The notes below the pieces were generated by a model, which was given only the letters and a program-made list of their open reading frames with translations, was not told the origin of the DNA and did no database searches. This document shows, piece after piece, positions 36,196-46,253 of a stretch of DNA of 64,000 nucleotides (the first letter of the stretch is position 1; every line of letters starts with the position of its first letter). The DNA comes from Dehalococcoidia bacterium. GTDB lineage: Bacteria; Chloroflexota; Dehalococcoidia; Lucifugimonadales; UBA3495. Where the stretch lies: positions 377,768 to 441,767 of the forward strand of contig CBDCEX010000017.1 in the NCBI GenBank assembly GCA_965216025.1, given 5' to 3'. Made by a program: the position numbers and the translations under genes.

Positions 36196-37377
36196 TTAGA
36201 AGCCGGACAGGCGGCCCTGATCCGCGGGGTCCGGCTGATCCATCCAGGGGCGGCCCAGGTATTCGTGGGCCCTCTTGGTGGCCACCCGGCCCCGGCTGGT
36301 ACGCTCCAAGAAGCCCAGCTGCAACAGGTAGGGTTCCCAAACATCCATCACGGTGTCCGAGTCCTCGCTGAGGGAGGCCGCCAGGGTGTCCAAGCCCACC
36401 GGCCCGCCACTGAATTTGTCGATAATGTTGGCCAGCAGACGATGGTCCGATTCGTCCAGCCCAATCTGGTCCACCCGGAGCATTTCCAGCGCCTCCCGGG
36501 CGACGGGACCGGAAATTGTGCCGTCGGCCACCACCAGCGCGTAGTCTCGGGTCCTCTTCAGCAGGCGATTGCCGATGCGAGGAGTGCCGCGGGAGCGGAC
36601 GGCGATTTCGGTTATGCCGCTGGAGTCGGTTTCCGTCCCCAGGATGCGGGCCGAGCGCCGCACCACCACCTCCATTTCGGACTGGTCGTAGTAGTCCAGC
36701 CGAAATACCCAGCCGAAGCGGTCGCGCAGGGGGGCGCTGATCAGCGAATAGCGGGTAGTAGCCCCAACCAAAGTGAAGGGATTTATCCGAAGGTTGACGC
36801 TGCGGGCCGAGAGGCCCTTACCCACTACCCAGGAGAGGAAGAAGTCTTCCATGGCCGAATAGAGGACCTCTTCCACCACCCGGTTGAGGCGGTGAATTTC
36901 GTCGATGAACAGCACATCGCCCGGCTGCAGCCCGGTCAGTATGGCCGCCATATCGCCGGCTCGCTCAATAGCTGGGCCGGAGGTGACTTTGATGCTCACC
37001 TCCATTTCATTGGCTATCACATGGGCCAGAGTGGTTTTGCCCAGACCGGGCGGGCTGTAGATGATGACGTGATCCAGGGATTCGCTCCGCAACTTGGCCG
37101 CCTGGATGGCAATGCTCAGGTTGTCTTTGATCGAGCTCTGGCCCACGAAATCGGACAGACGTCGGGGCCGCAGAGAAAGGTCTGCCGAGTCATCGTCCTG
37201 CTGCGCGGCGCCGGAAATCAGTCGCTCGGGGGCTGTTGAATCTTTGGAGTTGCGGGTTTTTCCGGCTTCCTCGTTTACCACCACGCTGCCTTCCCCACCT
37301 GTCTTTCCCGACTTGTCCTTCAACGATGAACCGGCTGCTAGGGTGCCCATTCTAGGCTGGTGGCAGAACAGCGTCAA
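36196..37377 (-). CDS. ruvB: Holliday junction branch migration helicase RuvB (long N-terminal extension)
   Basis: [11 protein letters not shown], Walker A PPGLGKTT, Walker [10 protein letters not shown], winged-helix C-terminus. The first ~60 aa are low-complexity, so the true start may be later. Confidence 0.9.
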   Translation of the reverse strand: MTLFCHQPRMGTLAAGSSLKDKSGKTGGEGSVVVNEEAGKTRNSKDSTAPERLISGAAQQDDDSADLSLRPRRLSDFVGQSSIKDNLSIAIQAAKLRSESLDHVIIYSPPGLGKTTLAHVIANEMEVSIKVTSGPAIERAGDMAAILTGLQPGDVLFIDEIHRLNRVVEEVLYSAMEDFFLSWVVGKGLSARSVNLRINPFTLVGATTRYSLISAPLRDRFGWVFRLDYYDQSEMEVVVRRSARILGTETDSSGITEIAVRSRGTPRIGNRLLKRTRDYALVVADGTISGPVAREALEMLRVDQIGLDESDHRLLANIIDKFSGGPVGLDTLAASLSEDSDTVMDVWEPYLLQLGFLERTSRGRVATKRAHEYLGRPWMDQPDPADQGRLSGF

Positions 37378-37573
37378 GGAAGTCGGGACACCTCTATCAC
37401 CGGTTAATATGGGCCCAAACCCGAGGGAGGTCGGTGGTTCGGCCAGGTGTCAGCTGCCGCGATGAGAAGCACCTACCTGGGTGATATACTGAAGACCAAC
37501 AGATTTACATCAACCACCCGGGGCAACGTCCGGGTAACCCTCCTCTACTATTGGCGGCCGGGGCAGTGGGTAG

Positions 37574-40093
37574 ATGACATCATCAACCACCCAAACATCA
37601 ACCACCGAAACCCAGGTCTGGGTCGCGCCATTAATAAAAATCCTGGAGCTGGAGGACGCTAACGGGTTCGCCGATAAGGCCGTAGTCGGGGGTCTCGACC
37701 GGTTCCTCCAACGCTGGGCTGAGTCTCTGGGCTCTTTTTTGGGCAAAGACGATCTCACCCAGGAGCTGGTCCACAATCGCTACGAAGATATGTCGCCTGC
37801 CCAGCGGGCCCAATGGGCGGCGCGCTGGCTATCGCTACTCAATTCAGACAACGCCAAGGTTTCCGCTGGGCCAGAGAATGCTCTCAAGAAGCGGACTGCC
37901 GCTGTTTCGAGCCCGGCCCCGGCCAAGTCTTCTCCTTCAGTTACATACAAGGCTCCTCCAGCCGGGGTTACCGTGGATGCCACCGTCGACCGGCTGCGCG
38001 GTGTCGACACCAAGCTTTCGGCCCGGCTACAGCGCCTGGAAGTCTCCACGGTGCGCGATTTGCTTTATCTCTTTCCTCGCCGGCACTTGGATTACACCAA
38101 TGTAGTCAAGATAGCCGAGCTGGAGCCGGAACAGGACTGCACGGTGGTCGGACAGCTTTGGGAGGCCAGGCAGGTGTCGCTGGGCCAAAAAGGGAGGCTT
38201 AAAGCCACCGAGGCAGTACTCAGCGACGGCACCGGGAACATTAAAATAATTTGGTTTGGCCAGGGCTACCTGGCGCGCTCCTTGAAGACCAACAGCCGCC
38301 TGGCCGTCAGCGGCAAGGTTGAGGTGTATCGGGGACAGCCGGTGTTTCAGTCCCCGGAATACGAGGTGCTGGCCCTGGGCCAGGAGCCGATTCACACCGG
38401 CAGACTGGTGCCGGTGTATCCCTTAACCGAGGGTATAACCGCCCGAAACATGCGCCGCCTCACCCGCCAGGCCGTAGACGGCTGGCTGGGCGGCATAGAG
38501 GACGCGCTGCCAGCGGAGATCATAAATAGAGTCGGGCTGTTGCCGCTGCTGGAGGCGGTGCGGCAGGCCCATTACCCGGATAACCTGGAATCCTGGGCTG
38601 CCGCCCGTCGCCGTCTGGCTTTCGACGAGTTGCTCACGCTACAACTGGCGGTACTAACCCGACGCCGGCACCGTAATTTGGGAGTGACCGGGGTGGTTAT
38701 CGAGGCGGATCCGAAGATTCTGGATAGCTTCATCGCGTCCCTCCCCTTCCCCTTGACTGGCGCCCAACAGCGCTGCATTGCCGAAATCCTGGAAGACCTG
38801 AAGCGAGGAACCCCGCCCATGAACCGGCTGCTGCAGGGAGAGGTGGGCAGCGGGAAGACAGTAGTCGTGTTGGTGGCGCTGCTGGCCGCCGCCGCCGCCG
38901 GATACCAGGGGGCGATCATGGTCCCCACCGAGGTTCTGGCCGAGCAGCATTTTGAGACCGTTTCTCGGCTCCTCAGCGGCCTGGCCCGGCCGTTACAGGA
39001 AGACAACCTGGTTACCGCCTATTTGGGCAGTCTGGGGAGGCCGGTATCAGTGGGACTGCTCACTGGGAGCACCAGGCTGAAGGCCAGACGACAGTTGACC
39101 CAGATGGCGGCGGATGGAACCCTCGACTTGTTGATCGGCACCCACGCGCTAATTCAATCCGGGGTCGACTTGCCTCAGCTGGCCTTGGCGGCGATGGACG
39201 AACAGCACCGGTTTGGGGTCTTGCAGCGCTCGGCCCTGCGCCAGAAAGGAGTGGAGAATCCCCATTCCCTGGTCATGTCGGCCACGCCCATACCGCGCAC
39301 CCTTTCGCTGACCCTGTACGGCGACCTGGACATATCCACTCTGGACGAACTGCCGCCGGGGAGACAAAACATACCGACCCGATGGCTGGGGCCGGACCGC
39401 CGTCCGGCGGCCTATGGTTTTCTCCGGAAACAGGTGGAGGCAGGACGCCAGGGTTTCATTGTTTATCCCCTCATCGACGAGTCGGATAACATTGAGGCCA
39501 AGGCGGCGACCGAGGAGTATAAGCGGCTTTCCCAAGAGGTATTTTCAGATTTGAAGCTGGGGTTGCTCCACGGCCGGATGCCAGCTAAGGAAAAAGACCG
39601 GGTCATGCGGCGGTTTCGAGATGGGGAACTGGATATCCTGGTATCCACCGCGGTGGTGGAGGTCGGCATCGACGTCCCCAATGCCACGGTCATGATGATT
39701 GAGGGCGCGGATCGATTTGGCCTGTCCCAGCTGCACCAGTTCCGGGGCAGGGTGGGGCGTGGGGAGCACAAGAGCTACTGCATCCTCTTGTCGGACGCGG
39801 CGTCGGGCGTGGCCAAAGAGCGCCTGGCTACCCTGGAGCAGATCCACGATGGGTTCCAACTGGCGGAAGCGGACCTGGAGCTGAGAGGCCCGGGGGACTT
39901 CTTCGGCACCCGACAGAGCGGCCTTCCCAATCTGCGGATGGCCCACTTGTCGGACCGGGAGCTGCTGACCAGCGCCCGGGAAGAGGCGGCGGGGATACTG
40001 GAGGCAGACCCGGACCTGACCTCGCCGGAGCATTCCCTTCTGGCGGCGCAGGTGGCCCGGTTCCTGGACCGGGTGAGCGCCGAGTTCAGTTAG
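37574..40093 (+). CDS. recG: ATP-dependent DNA helicase RecG
   Basis: 839 aa. Wedge/OB region, helicase motifs GEVGSGKT, DEQHRFG, SATPIPRT, QLHQFRGRVGRG. Confidence 0.9.
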   Translation: MTSSTTQTSTTETQVWVAPLIKILELEDANGFADKAVVGGLDRFLQRWAESLGSFLGKDDLTQELVHNRYEDMSPAQRAQWAARWLSLLNSDNAKVSAGPENALKKRTAAVSSPAPAKSSPSVTYKAPPAGVTVDATVDRLRGVDTKLSARLQRLEVSTVRDLLYLFPRRHLDYTNVVKIAELEPEQDCTVVGQLWEARQVSLGQKGRLKATEAVLSDGTGNIKIIWFGQGYLARSLKTNSRLAVSGKVEVYRGQPVFQSPEYEVLALGQEPIHTGRLVPVYPLTEGITARNMRRLTRQAVDGWLGGIEDALPAEIINRVGLLPLLEAVRQAHYPDNLESWAAARRRLAFDELLTLQLAVLTRRRHRNLGVTGVVIEADPKILDSFIASLPFPLTGAQQRCIAEILEDLKRGTPPMNRLLQGEVGSGKTVVVLVALLAAAAAGYQGAIMVPTEVLAEQHFETVSRLLSGLARPLQEDNLVTAYLGSLGRPVSVGLLTGSTRLKARRQLTQMAADGTLDLLIGTHALIQSGVDLPQLALAAMDEQHRFGVLQRSALRQKGVENPHSLVMSATPIPRTLSLTLYGDLDISTLDELPPGRQNIPTRWLGPDRRPAAYGFLRKQVEAGRQGFIVYPLIDESDNIEAKAATEEYKRLSQEVFSDLKLGLLHGRMPAKEKDRVMRRFRDGELDILVSTAVVEVGIDVPNATVMMIEGADRFGLSQLHQFRGRVGRGEHKSYCILLSDAASGVAKERLATLEQIHDGFQLAEADLELRGPGDFFGTRQSGLPNLRMAHLSDRELLTSAREEAAGILEADPDLTSPEHSLLAAQVARFLDRVSAEFS

Positions 40094-40892
40094 CTTCGGA
40101 AAATTCGGTCTTGAAGCGGTACCCCACGTTCCAGATGGTCTCAATAAAGGAGTTGTCTGGGTCCTCTATCTTGGACCGCAGCCTTCGCACGTGCACATCC
40201 ACAGTTCGGGTTCCGCCCAAATACTCGTAGCCCCATATTTGGCTTAGCAGCATCTCCCGGGAGTAGACCCGGCCGGGGCTGGAGGCCAGGAGCACCAGAA
40301 GCTGAAACTCTTTGTAGGTCAGGGAGACCCTCCGGCCGGTCATCATAACCTCGTATTTTTCCAGGTCGATGACCAACTGCCCAATCTTAAGAACCTGGTT
40401 TCCGGAGGGGCCGTTAACCCGGTAAATAGCCTGCTTCACCCGGGCGACCAGCTCCTCTTGAGCGAAGGGACACAGGATAAACTCGTCGGGGTTCAGCGAA
40501 GAGTCGTAGTCGAAGACCCGATTCTTCGGCACCGCCACTATTACCGGAAGCTTTAGCTCCCGGCATTGCCCGATCAAAGGGCGGGACTGAGCCGCGTTCA
40601 GGGACCCCAGGTCCAGCAGCACGGCCTGGGGAAGAGGCCCGGCGGCCGCCAACTGGTACTCAGCTAGGTCGCTGTCCACCTGGCAAGCCATACCGGCCTC
40701 GCCGATTTGCGCGGCCAGGGGGTGGGAACCGTTACCAGGATTTGCTATCAGCAAAAGGTTATACACCGGAACCTGCCCAGGTCGTTCAGCGCTATTCGGG
40801 TATTGATAACGTCTCAAGTATAACAAAGGGAGGCGTCCAACTTCCTTCCCCACCCAACCATTCGGGTCCAGCGGCCCTGGGTGGCGGGTCAC
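40086..40892 (-). CDS. OmpR/PhoB-type winged-helix regulator with an atypical receiver-like domain
   Basis: C-terminus LTYKEFQLLVLLASSPGRVYSREMLLSQIWGYEY...RTVDVHVRRLRSKI...VGYRF. The N-terminal domain has LLLIANPGNG where the acidic DD pocket is expected. Start uncertain. 8-nt convergent overlap with recG. Confidence 0.65.
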   Translation of the reverse strand: MTRHPGPLDPNGWVGKEVGRLPLLYLRRYQYPNSAERPGQVPVYNLLLIANPGNGSHPLAAQIGEAGMACQVDSDLAEYQLAAAGPLPQAVLLDLGSLNAAQSRPLIGQCRELKLPVIVAVPKNRVFDYDSSLNPDEFILCPFAQEELVARVKQAIYRVNGPSGNQVLKIGQLVIDLEKYEVMMTGRRVSLTYKEFQLLVLLASSPGRVYSREMLLSQIWGYEYLGGTRTVDVHVRRLRSKIEDPDNSFIETIWNVGYRFKTEFSEAN

Positions 40893-40922
40893 GGATCACC
40901 GGGCACCTGAGTATTCGGTTAA

Positions 40923-41813
40923 TTGACTGGCGAAAACGCCGGGACTATCATGATTCCAGATGCACTGGCCAGACGAACTGGCTCGGGGCAGACTGATTTC
41001 CGGCGGCTGGAGAATGGCGTGAGCACCCAAATTGTAGCTGGAACCCCACAACAAGTTCGGGAGCGGATACGCTCGGGACAGTGGCGGGGAGTGACCTCCG
41101 GTGTGGCTCCCGGCTATGTTCAGGCCAACTTGGCCATCTTGCCCCAAGAGCTGGCCTTCGATTTTCTACTCTTCTGCCAGCGCAATCCCAAGCCCTGTCC
41201 CCTGTTGGAAGTGGTGGAGGCCGGGCAATCCAGCCCGAATTTGACCGCGCCCGGCGCCGATATACGCACCGACCTCCCCGGCTACCGGGTTTACCGCTAC
41301 GGAGAGTTCACCGAGGAGGTGGAATCGCTGGAGGCTTTGTGGCGGGACGACCTGGTGTCTTTCTTGCTGGGCTGCAGCTTCTCCTTCGAAGCGGCATTAA
41401 CCGACGCCGGTGTGCCCCTGCGTCACCAGGAGATGGACTGCAACGTGCCGATGTACATTACCAACATTCCCACCACTCCAGCGGGAGTGTTTTCCGGCCC
41501 AATGGTGGTTAGCATGCGGCCCATCCCGCAACCGCAGATAGTGCGAGCGGTGCAGGTGACCTCCCGATTTCCGGCCACCCACGGCGCGCCGGTCCACATC
41601 GGCGACCCGGCGGCCATCGGCATCAAAGACCTGGGCCGGCCGGACTTTGGCGATCCGGTGGAGATTCGCGCCGGGGAGGAGCCGCTGTTTTGGGCCTGTG
41701 GTGTAACCCCGCAGGCCGTGGCGATAAACTGCAAGCCGTCCCTAATGTTGACCCACGCGCCGGGGCGCATGTTTATCACCGACCAGCGGGATGCCGATTA
41801 CGCCGTTCTTTAA
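40923..41813 (+). CDS. DUF1445-family putative hydro-lyase (C-terminal-type domain of D-glutamate cyclase)
   Basis: 296 aa with [38 protein letters not shown]. Start uncertain. Confidence 0.7.
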   Translation: MTGENAGTIMIPDALARRTGSGQTDFRRLENGVSTQIVAGTPQQVRERIRSGQWRGVTSGVAPGYVQANLAILPQELAFDFLLFCQRNPKPCPLLEVVEAGQSSPNLTAPGADIRTDLPGYRVYRYGEFTEEVESLEALWRDDLVSFLLGCSFSFEAALTDAGVPLRHQEMDCNVPMYITNIPTTPAGVFSGPMVVSMRPIPQPQIVRAVQVTSRFPATHGAPVHIGDPAAIGIKDLGRPDFGDPVEIRAGEEPLFWACGVTPQAVAINCKPSLMLTHAPGRMFITDQRDADYAVL

Positions 41814-41855
41814 GTAACTATTTCAAAACGTGGTTCGATGGGCTCACCACGAACG
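41810..41855. repeat. IS5-like terminus motif plus module A fragment
   Basis: taagtaactatttcaaaac (41810-41828), then tggttcgatgggctcaccacgaacgg. The TAA stop of the upstream gene lies inside the motif. Confidence 0.6.
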
Positions 41856-41921
41856 GATAAAGAATCCCGCCCGCACCTCGTTTCTCAGCCCGCTTCTTCT
41901 ACTAATCCTAGGGAGGAACTA

Positions 41922-42788
41922 ATGGCTGCTTTCCAACCCCAAATCCAACCCCGTTCCATCGAAGACACCATCCTGGAAAACGACATGCGGGGCGTGTCCG
42001 AGCTGCGCTCCCACCTGCCGCCGGATTTCTGCACCCAAGCGGCGCAGTACATCCTGGACAACCTCGGCGACGTGGTTATCGTCACCGGTTTCTACATCCT
42101 CTCGGCGGGCCAGCACGAGACCGACGGCCCTCCGGGAGCCATCGCCATTGGCAACGCGCTAGCAGCCCTGGGTCGGACCGTTACCTACGTCAGCGACCTC
42201 CATACTACGCCCATGCTGCGGGACTGGTTGGGAGAAGGCGTCCGGGTGGTGGATTTCCCCATTGGCGACATTGACTCCAGCCGTGAAGCGGCGGCGGAGA
42301 TTCTGTCCCAGCTAAAGCCGGGGCTGCTGATTTCCATAGAGCGATGCGGGCGCACCAAAGATGAAAAATATCTGAACATGCGGGCCGCCGACATTACTCG
42401 GTACACCGCCCGGCTGGATTATCTGTTCGAGCGTGGCATCCCCTCGGTGGGCATTGGCGACGGGGGCAACGAGATCGGCATGGGCAACTTGGCCGAGGTG
42501 ATACCCGGCGTGGACCGGCTGCCCGACGACCCGGCGATAGCTAAAGTGGACCGGCTGGTGCTGGCCAGCGTCTCCAACTGGGGCGGCTACGGCCTGGTAG
42601 CGGCCCTGTCCCAGTTGGTGGGCCGGGGCCTGCTGCCCACTACTGATGAGGACGAAAGGCTGATCCGCCGCATGGTGGATGCCGGGGCGGTGGACGGCAC
42701 CTCCGGCGAGAACAAATACTACGTCGACAATTTTACTCTGGAGCAGAACGCGGGGGTACTGCGGCGGCTGCGCTGGTTGTTGGGGTGA
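41922..42788 (+). CDS. DUF4392-family protein (N-terminal-type domain of D-glutamate cyclase)
   Basis: ORF 41838..42788, ATG 41922 after gggagg. Sequence HETDGPPGAIAIGNAL...ISIERCGR...GIGDGGNEIGMGN. Confidence 0.7.
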   Translation: MAAFQPQIQPRSIEDTILENDMRGVSELRSHLPPDFCTQAAQYILDNLGDVVIVTGFYILSAGQHETDGPPGAIAIGNALAALGRTVTYVSDLHTTPMLRDWLGEGVRVVDFPIGDIDSSREAAAEILSQLKPGLLISIERCGRTKDEKYLNMRAADITRYTARLDYLFERGIPSVGIGDGGNEIGMGNLAEVIPGVDRLPDDPAIAKVDRLVLASVSNWGGYGLVAALSQLVGRGLLPTTDEDERLIRRMVDAGAVDGTSGENKYYVDNFTLEQNAGVLRRLRWLLG

Positions 42789-42795
42789 AAACGTA

Positions 42796-42818
42796 CCCCC
42801 TCCTTCGCAAGGAGGGGG
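42796..42818 (+). terminator. Hairpin just after the DUF4392 gene (terminator-like; also resembles family-2 palindromes)
   Basis: ccccctcc-ttcgcaa-ggaggggg followed by tt. Weak U-tract. Confidence 0.35.
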
Positions 42819-42910
42819 TTGGGGGAAGGTCGGAGACATTTGGTTCTTGCAATCTCTAAGCCTGGAAACTTAGAATTCCATATAATGGTTTGTGCAACTG
42901 AGAGGGTAAA

Positions 42911-43436
42911 ATGGCCGTTTCAATCCTGGAAGCTAGAACAAACCATTCCAAACAGATGCTGGAGCGAATAAGAACGGAGATCGATAGTATAGAGGAGCTA
43001 AAATCAGAACCTAATCTCAGCATTTACGTGACAGGTTCTTACGGGCGACTGGAAGCCTCAGCCACTTCTGATCTAGATCCGTTTTTCGTGTATGACGATT
43101 CAGAGGGCACTTCTTCACTCAGCGAGATTAGTGAGATCTTGATCTCAGCTCGGCTTATCAAAATATGCAGGACCCTGGAACTACCAGAATTTTCTAATGA
43201 AGGCCAATACCTAGAGGTTCATAGCCTCAACAGCATGTTAAAGTACCTTGGCGGGCCTGAAGATGATTACAGAAATTACTTCACTGCCAGGCTTCTGCTA
43301 CTTTTAGAAAGTCAGCCTCTATGTAATGAGGAGGCTTACTTAAAGATTATAGAGAGGATTATTGAAGAGTATTTTAGAGATTATTCTACCCATGAAAGAG
43401 ATTTTCGGCCGATCTTTTTGGTAAATGATATATTGA
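42911..43436 (+). pseudogene. Pol-beta-superfamily nucleotidyltransferase (GlnD/GlnE/DUF294-like signature), 5' part, interrupted by IS1380
   Basis: ORF 42911..43597. NTase motif YVTGSYGRLEASATSDLDPFFVY. Authentic sequence ends at ...FLVNDIL (43435/6); the rest of the ORF is IS read-through. Visibly AT-richer than its neighbours. Confidence 0.75.
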
Positions 43437-45189
43437 CCGGGATTCCCCAGATCAAACCAACTTTCCTGGATATAGCTCCCGCGGGGATACCGCCAAATAT
43501 AATCCCGCATTCCAAGAGCGTCAAATGCGGTCTGATGCGGCCTGATTCACTCAAATTCCACGCTTTCATAGGGCAACCACTGTACTGCCAAGCGTAAAAT
43601 CCCCAAACCGCTGGTCTACGCCCAAGTCTCGCCCTTGGGAAGCCCCTTTGCCCTGGACGACCCCGTAACCGTAACCAATCCCGACGCTCCTAAAGTGGAC
43701 TAGCCAGGAGCCAGCCTAAGCCGACCAATTCGTTCCAGTATCCCGCCTAGCATTTCCCGGCTCACCAGCACCTCAGCAAGCTGAAACACCAGCCTTCTGG
43801 CATGGCGCACCAACCGTCCTCCAGTCTTGATCATCCTGGTCTGCAGACTGGTCAACGACCAGTGCTTCATTGCCTCCGGTAAGGCTAGCCTTCTCATGGA
43901 GTTGCCCAGGTTGTAAGCCAGTACGAACAACTCCAGCCTGACCTGATTGGCCACGAACTTGTGGCAGGACAACCTGGTCCAGTTAAGGGCGTACTTGCCT
44001 TCTTTTATCCATTGCTCCGCCGTGCCTCGGCCATTGTAAAAGCGGACTATCCCGATGTTTGGATAGCTCAGATTGGTGACGATGAAGCCCACTCTGGGAA
44101 ACAGTTCTCCCTGGTGCCACTCCACCTTAGAGACCACTCTCCGAGCAACGTTCCAGCTCTGGGCCTGGTAGACGAAGTCATGATAGGAGACGATGGGCTT
44201 CGGGGAAAGCCACTCCGTAGGCCGTATTAGCCGGGGCGCTATCTCCCGCTGCAGCACCTGGTTGGACCGCAGCCTGATGGCGTAGCCGATGTTTCTTGCT
44301 TCCAGATAATCGTATATCTCCGGCTTGGCGAAGGCGGCGTCAGCACGAAACAGCAGCCTGACCGCTGCTGTCAAATAACGCTCCACCACCGGATCAAGGA
44401 CTTCTTGCCAATCATCGGCACTGTGGGCGTTGCCTGACCGTAGCTTCGCTGCTTCACAATCCCCGAACTGGTTGAACAGAAAGAGAGGGTGATAGCAGAC
44501 GCATTCAAAGTGGCCGTTATAGGCTGCTCCCTCCTGCTGGCCGTGCACTGGACTCTCGGAACTGTCCATATCCAGGATTACTCGCCGGTGTAGGGTATGG
44601 GCCATAGCTCGTTCCACCCACTGGGTATTTATTCGTGCCAGCCCCTTCAGGTTGTCCTCTTGGGTCAGGAACTCCGTCTCGAACCGGCCCATCTCACTGG
44701 TGCTGGCTCCTTTCCGCTCCGAGCCTTGCCATCCCACGATCACTCGCATGGCTGGGTCTTGGGAAAGGCGCACTGCGTCATTGGTGTCGTCGTAGCCGGC
44801 CAAGCGGCTGTAGATCGACTGCCTTAGCAGCGGAACCAGGTGGTGAAGGATATTGCGTCCGGTACGGCTTTCCTGGAGGTAGTCCTCAGCGATTTCGGTA
44901 AGGCCCAAGGCATCATCAAACTCTCGAAAGGCAAGAAGACCAGCGTCGGAGGTGATGGTTGAGCCGTGAAATTCCAGGCGGACTTTGGGGTTGAATTGGA
45001 GCCGGAGAGGGGCTTTTTCGCCGTCACCCATCAGGTGCCTCCATGATGCCTACGGCATCTTACTGCAAAGTGACATATCATGGAGTTATTATAGCTGGGA
45101 ACACGCAAAAAGGGCCCATAATTAGACAATGGTTGAAAGACCATCGACGAATTACTGAGAAAGCTTTTTAGCCATATGGGAAATGTGGG
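43437..45189 (-). mobile_element. IS1380-family insertion sequence (about 1.75 kb) with a 4-5 bp target duplication
   Basis: ATTGA at 43432-43436 and 45190-45194. Ends ccgggattccccagatc / ...catatgggaaatgtggg are imperfect inverted repeats beginning with CC. Confidence 0.8.
43700..45031 (-). CDS. IS1380-family transposase
   Basis: 443 aa. N-terminus LEFHGSTITSDAGLLAFREFDDALGL and later HGQQEGAAYNGHFECVCYHPLF, typical of IS1380 transposases. Confidence 0.8.
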   Translation of the reverse strand: MGDGEKAPLRLQFNPKVRLEFHGSTITSDAGLLAFREFDDALGLTEIAEDYLQESRTGRNILHHLVPLLRQSIYSRLAGYDDTNDAVRLSQDPAMRVIVGWQGSERKGASTSEMGRFETEFLTQEDNLKGLARINTQWVERAMAHTLHRRVILDMDSSESPVHGQQEGAAYNGHFECVCYHPLFLFNQFGDCEAAKLRSGNAHSADDWQEVLDPVVERYLTAAVRLLFRADAAFAKPEIYDYLEARNIGYAIRLRSNQVLQREIAPRLIRPTEWLSPKPIVSYHDFVYQAQSWNVARRVVSKVEWHQGELFPRVGFIVTNLSYPNIGIVRFYNGRGTAEQWIKEGKYALNWTRLSCHKFVANQVRLELFVLAYNLGNSMRRLALPEAMKHWSLTSLQTRMIKTGGRLVRHARRLVFQLAEVLVSREMLGGILERIGRLRLAPG

Positions 45190-45194
45190 ATTGA

Positions 45195-45640
45195 GGTACT
45201 GGAAAACTTTGTGCCTGAATTATGAAGAGAGACGAAATCTACAAGTCGATGATCCTGCCAAGAAGACTAAAGACCAAATTCGCAATTTTAAGCTTAAATT
45301 CAGCAGGATGATTACTTGTTTCTCTATGGTAATTCCTTTGGCGTCCTTTCCTTCGCCTACTCCATTGGATGTCTTTAATCTTGCCAGGAAACCTCCTGTG
45401 CAAAGGCTAAGTGATTTTTCCAATTTATCCATAGACAGACAGGAAGCTTTCGCTAAAATTGAGAATGGGTATGAGTGCTTTTTATCAACAGCCGGAAGAG
45501 ACGATATCCAAGAATGGATTGGCGTGGAAAACAACCGCAAGATGGCAGATACACGGGCCCAAGAATTCGGTGGTAGCATGTACTCTTTGCTCGAACTAGC
45601 GGCCAATGAGTCCGGCTCAATGCGCTATCTGACAATTTAG
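45195..45640 (+). pseudogene. Nucleotidyltransferase, 3' part (helical substrate-binding-like domain)
   Basis: ORF 45176..45640. In frame with 42911..43436 once the IS and one ATTGA copy are removed, giving ...VNDIL|RYWKTLCLNYEERRN... and a 323-aa protein. Confidence 0.75.
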
Positions 45641-45647
45641 AAGCGAT

Positions 45648-46253
45648 ATGCCGATTTTCTATGTGTTATATCTCGAGGACGGATTATTCGGGGATTGCTT
45701 GGAAGCAATTAGATTACTGTGTGAGCCTACCGAAAAAATTCCCTCCCACGTCACAGTCAGGGGACCATATAGGTTTGGGATTAAGACTGGTGCAATGACT
45801 CGAAAATTAAGGGGAAACCATATAGATATCAACGAGATTGGGAATTTCTTTGAGTACAACCAAAACACTGTATTCTTTCGCTGCAACTCCTCAGTCCTAA
45901 AGGAAATTTGGTACAAGCCTGATTTTCCGTTTAATCCTCATGTAACCATCTATGACGGACCATGCGAGGCTTTTGCGAGGGAACTCTTTGATATTGCTGA
46001 CCAATACAGTTACAGTTTTTCGCTGAAGGCGGAAAGACTAGAGCCCTTAACATCCCGTAAAGGACAAAAGGGATTTATCTTACAGCTGTGGTCCACCATG
46101 GAAAGGGTTTCCGACTTACTTGGTGAAAGACTAGAGCCTTCTCAAGTGGAAGAAATGTCTTTATCCAAACGATTAGAGCTGATAGATAGGCTTTTCAGAC
46201 AGTTGTCTACGTCACCTGAGCCTAAGCAACTTTCGCTTGCCACTACAGCGTAG
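45648..46253 (+). CDS. 2H phosphoesterase superfamily protein (LigT/CPDase/2',5'-phosphodiesterase-like)
   Basis: 201 aa. Two HxT motifs, SHVTVRG (H34) and PHVTIYDG (H98). Starts 8 nt after the NTase stop. AT-richer composition. Confidence 0.65.
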   Translation: MPIFYVLYLEDGLFGDCLEAIRLLCEPTEKIPSHVTVRGPYRFGIKTGAMTRKLRGNHIDINEIGNFFEYNQNTVFFRCNSSVLKEIWYKPDFPFNPHVTIYDGPCEAFARELFDIADQYSYSFSLKAERLEPLTSRKGQKGFILQLWSTMERVSDLLGERLEPSQVEEMSLSKRLELIDRLFRQLSTSPEPKQLSLATTA

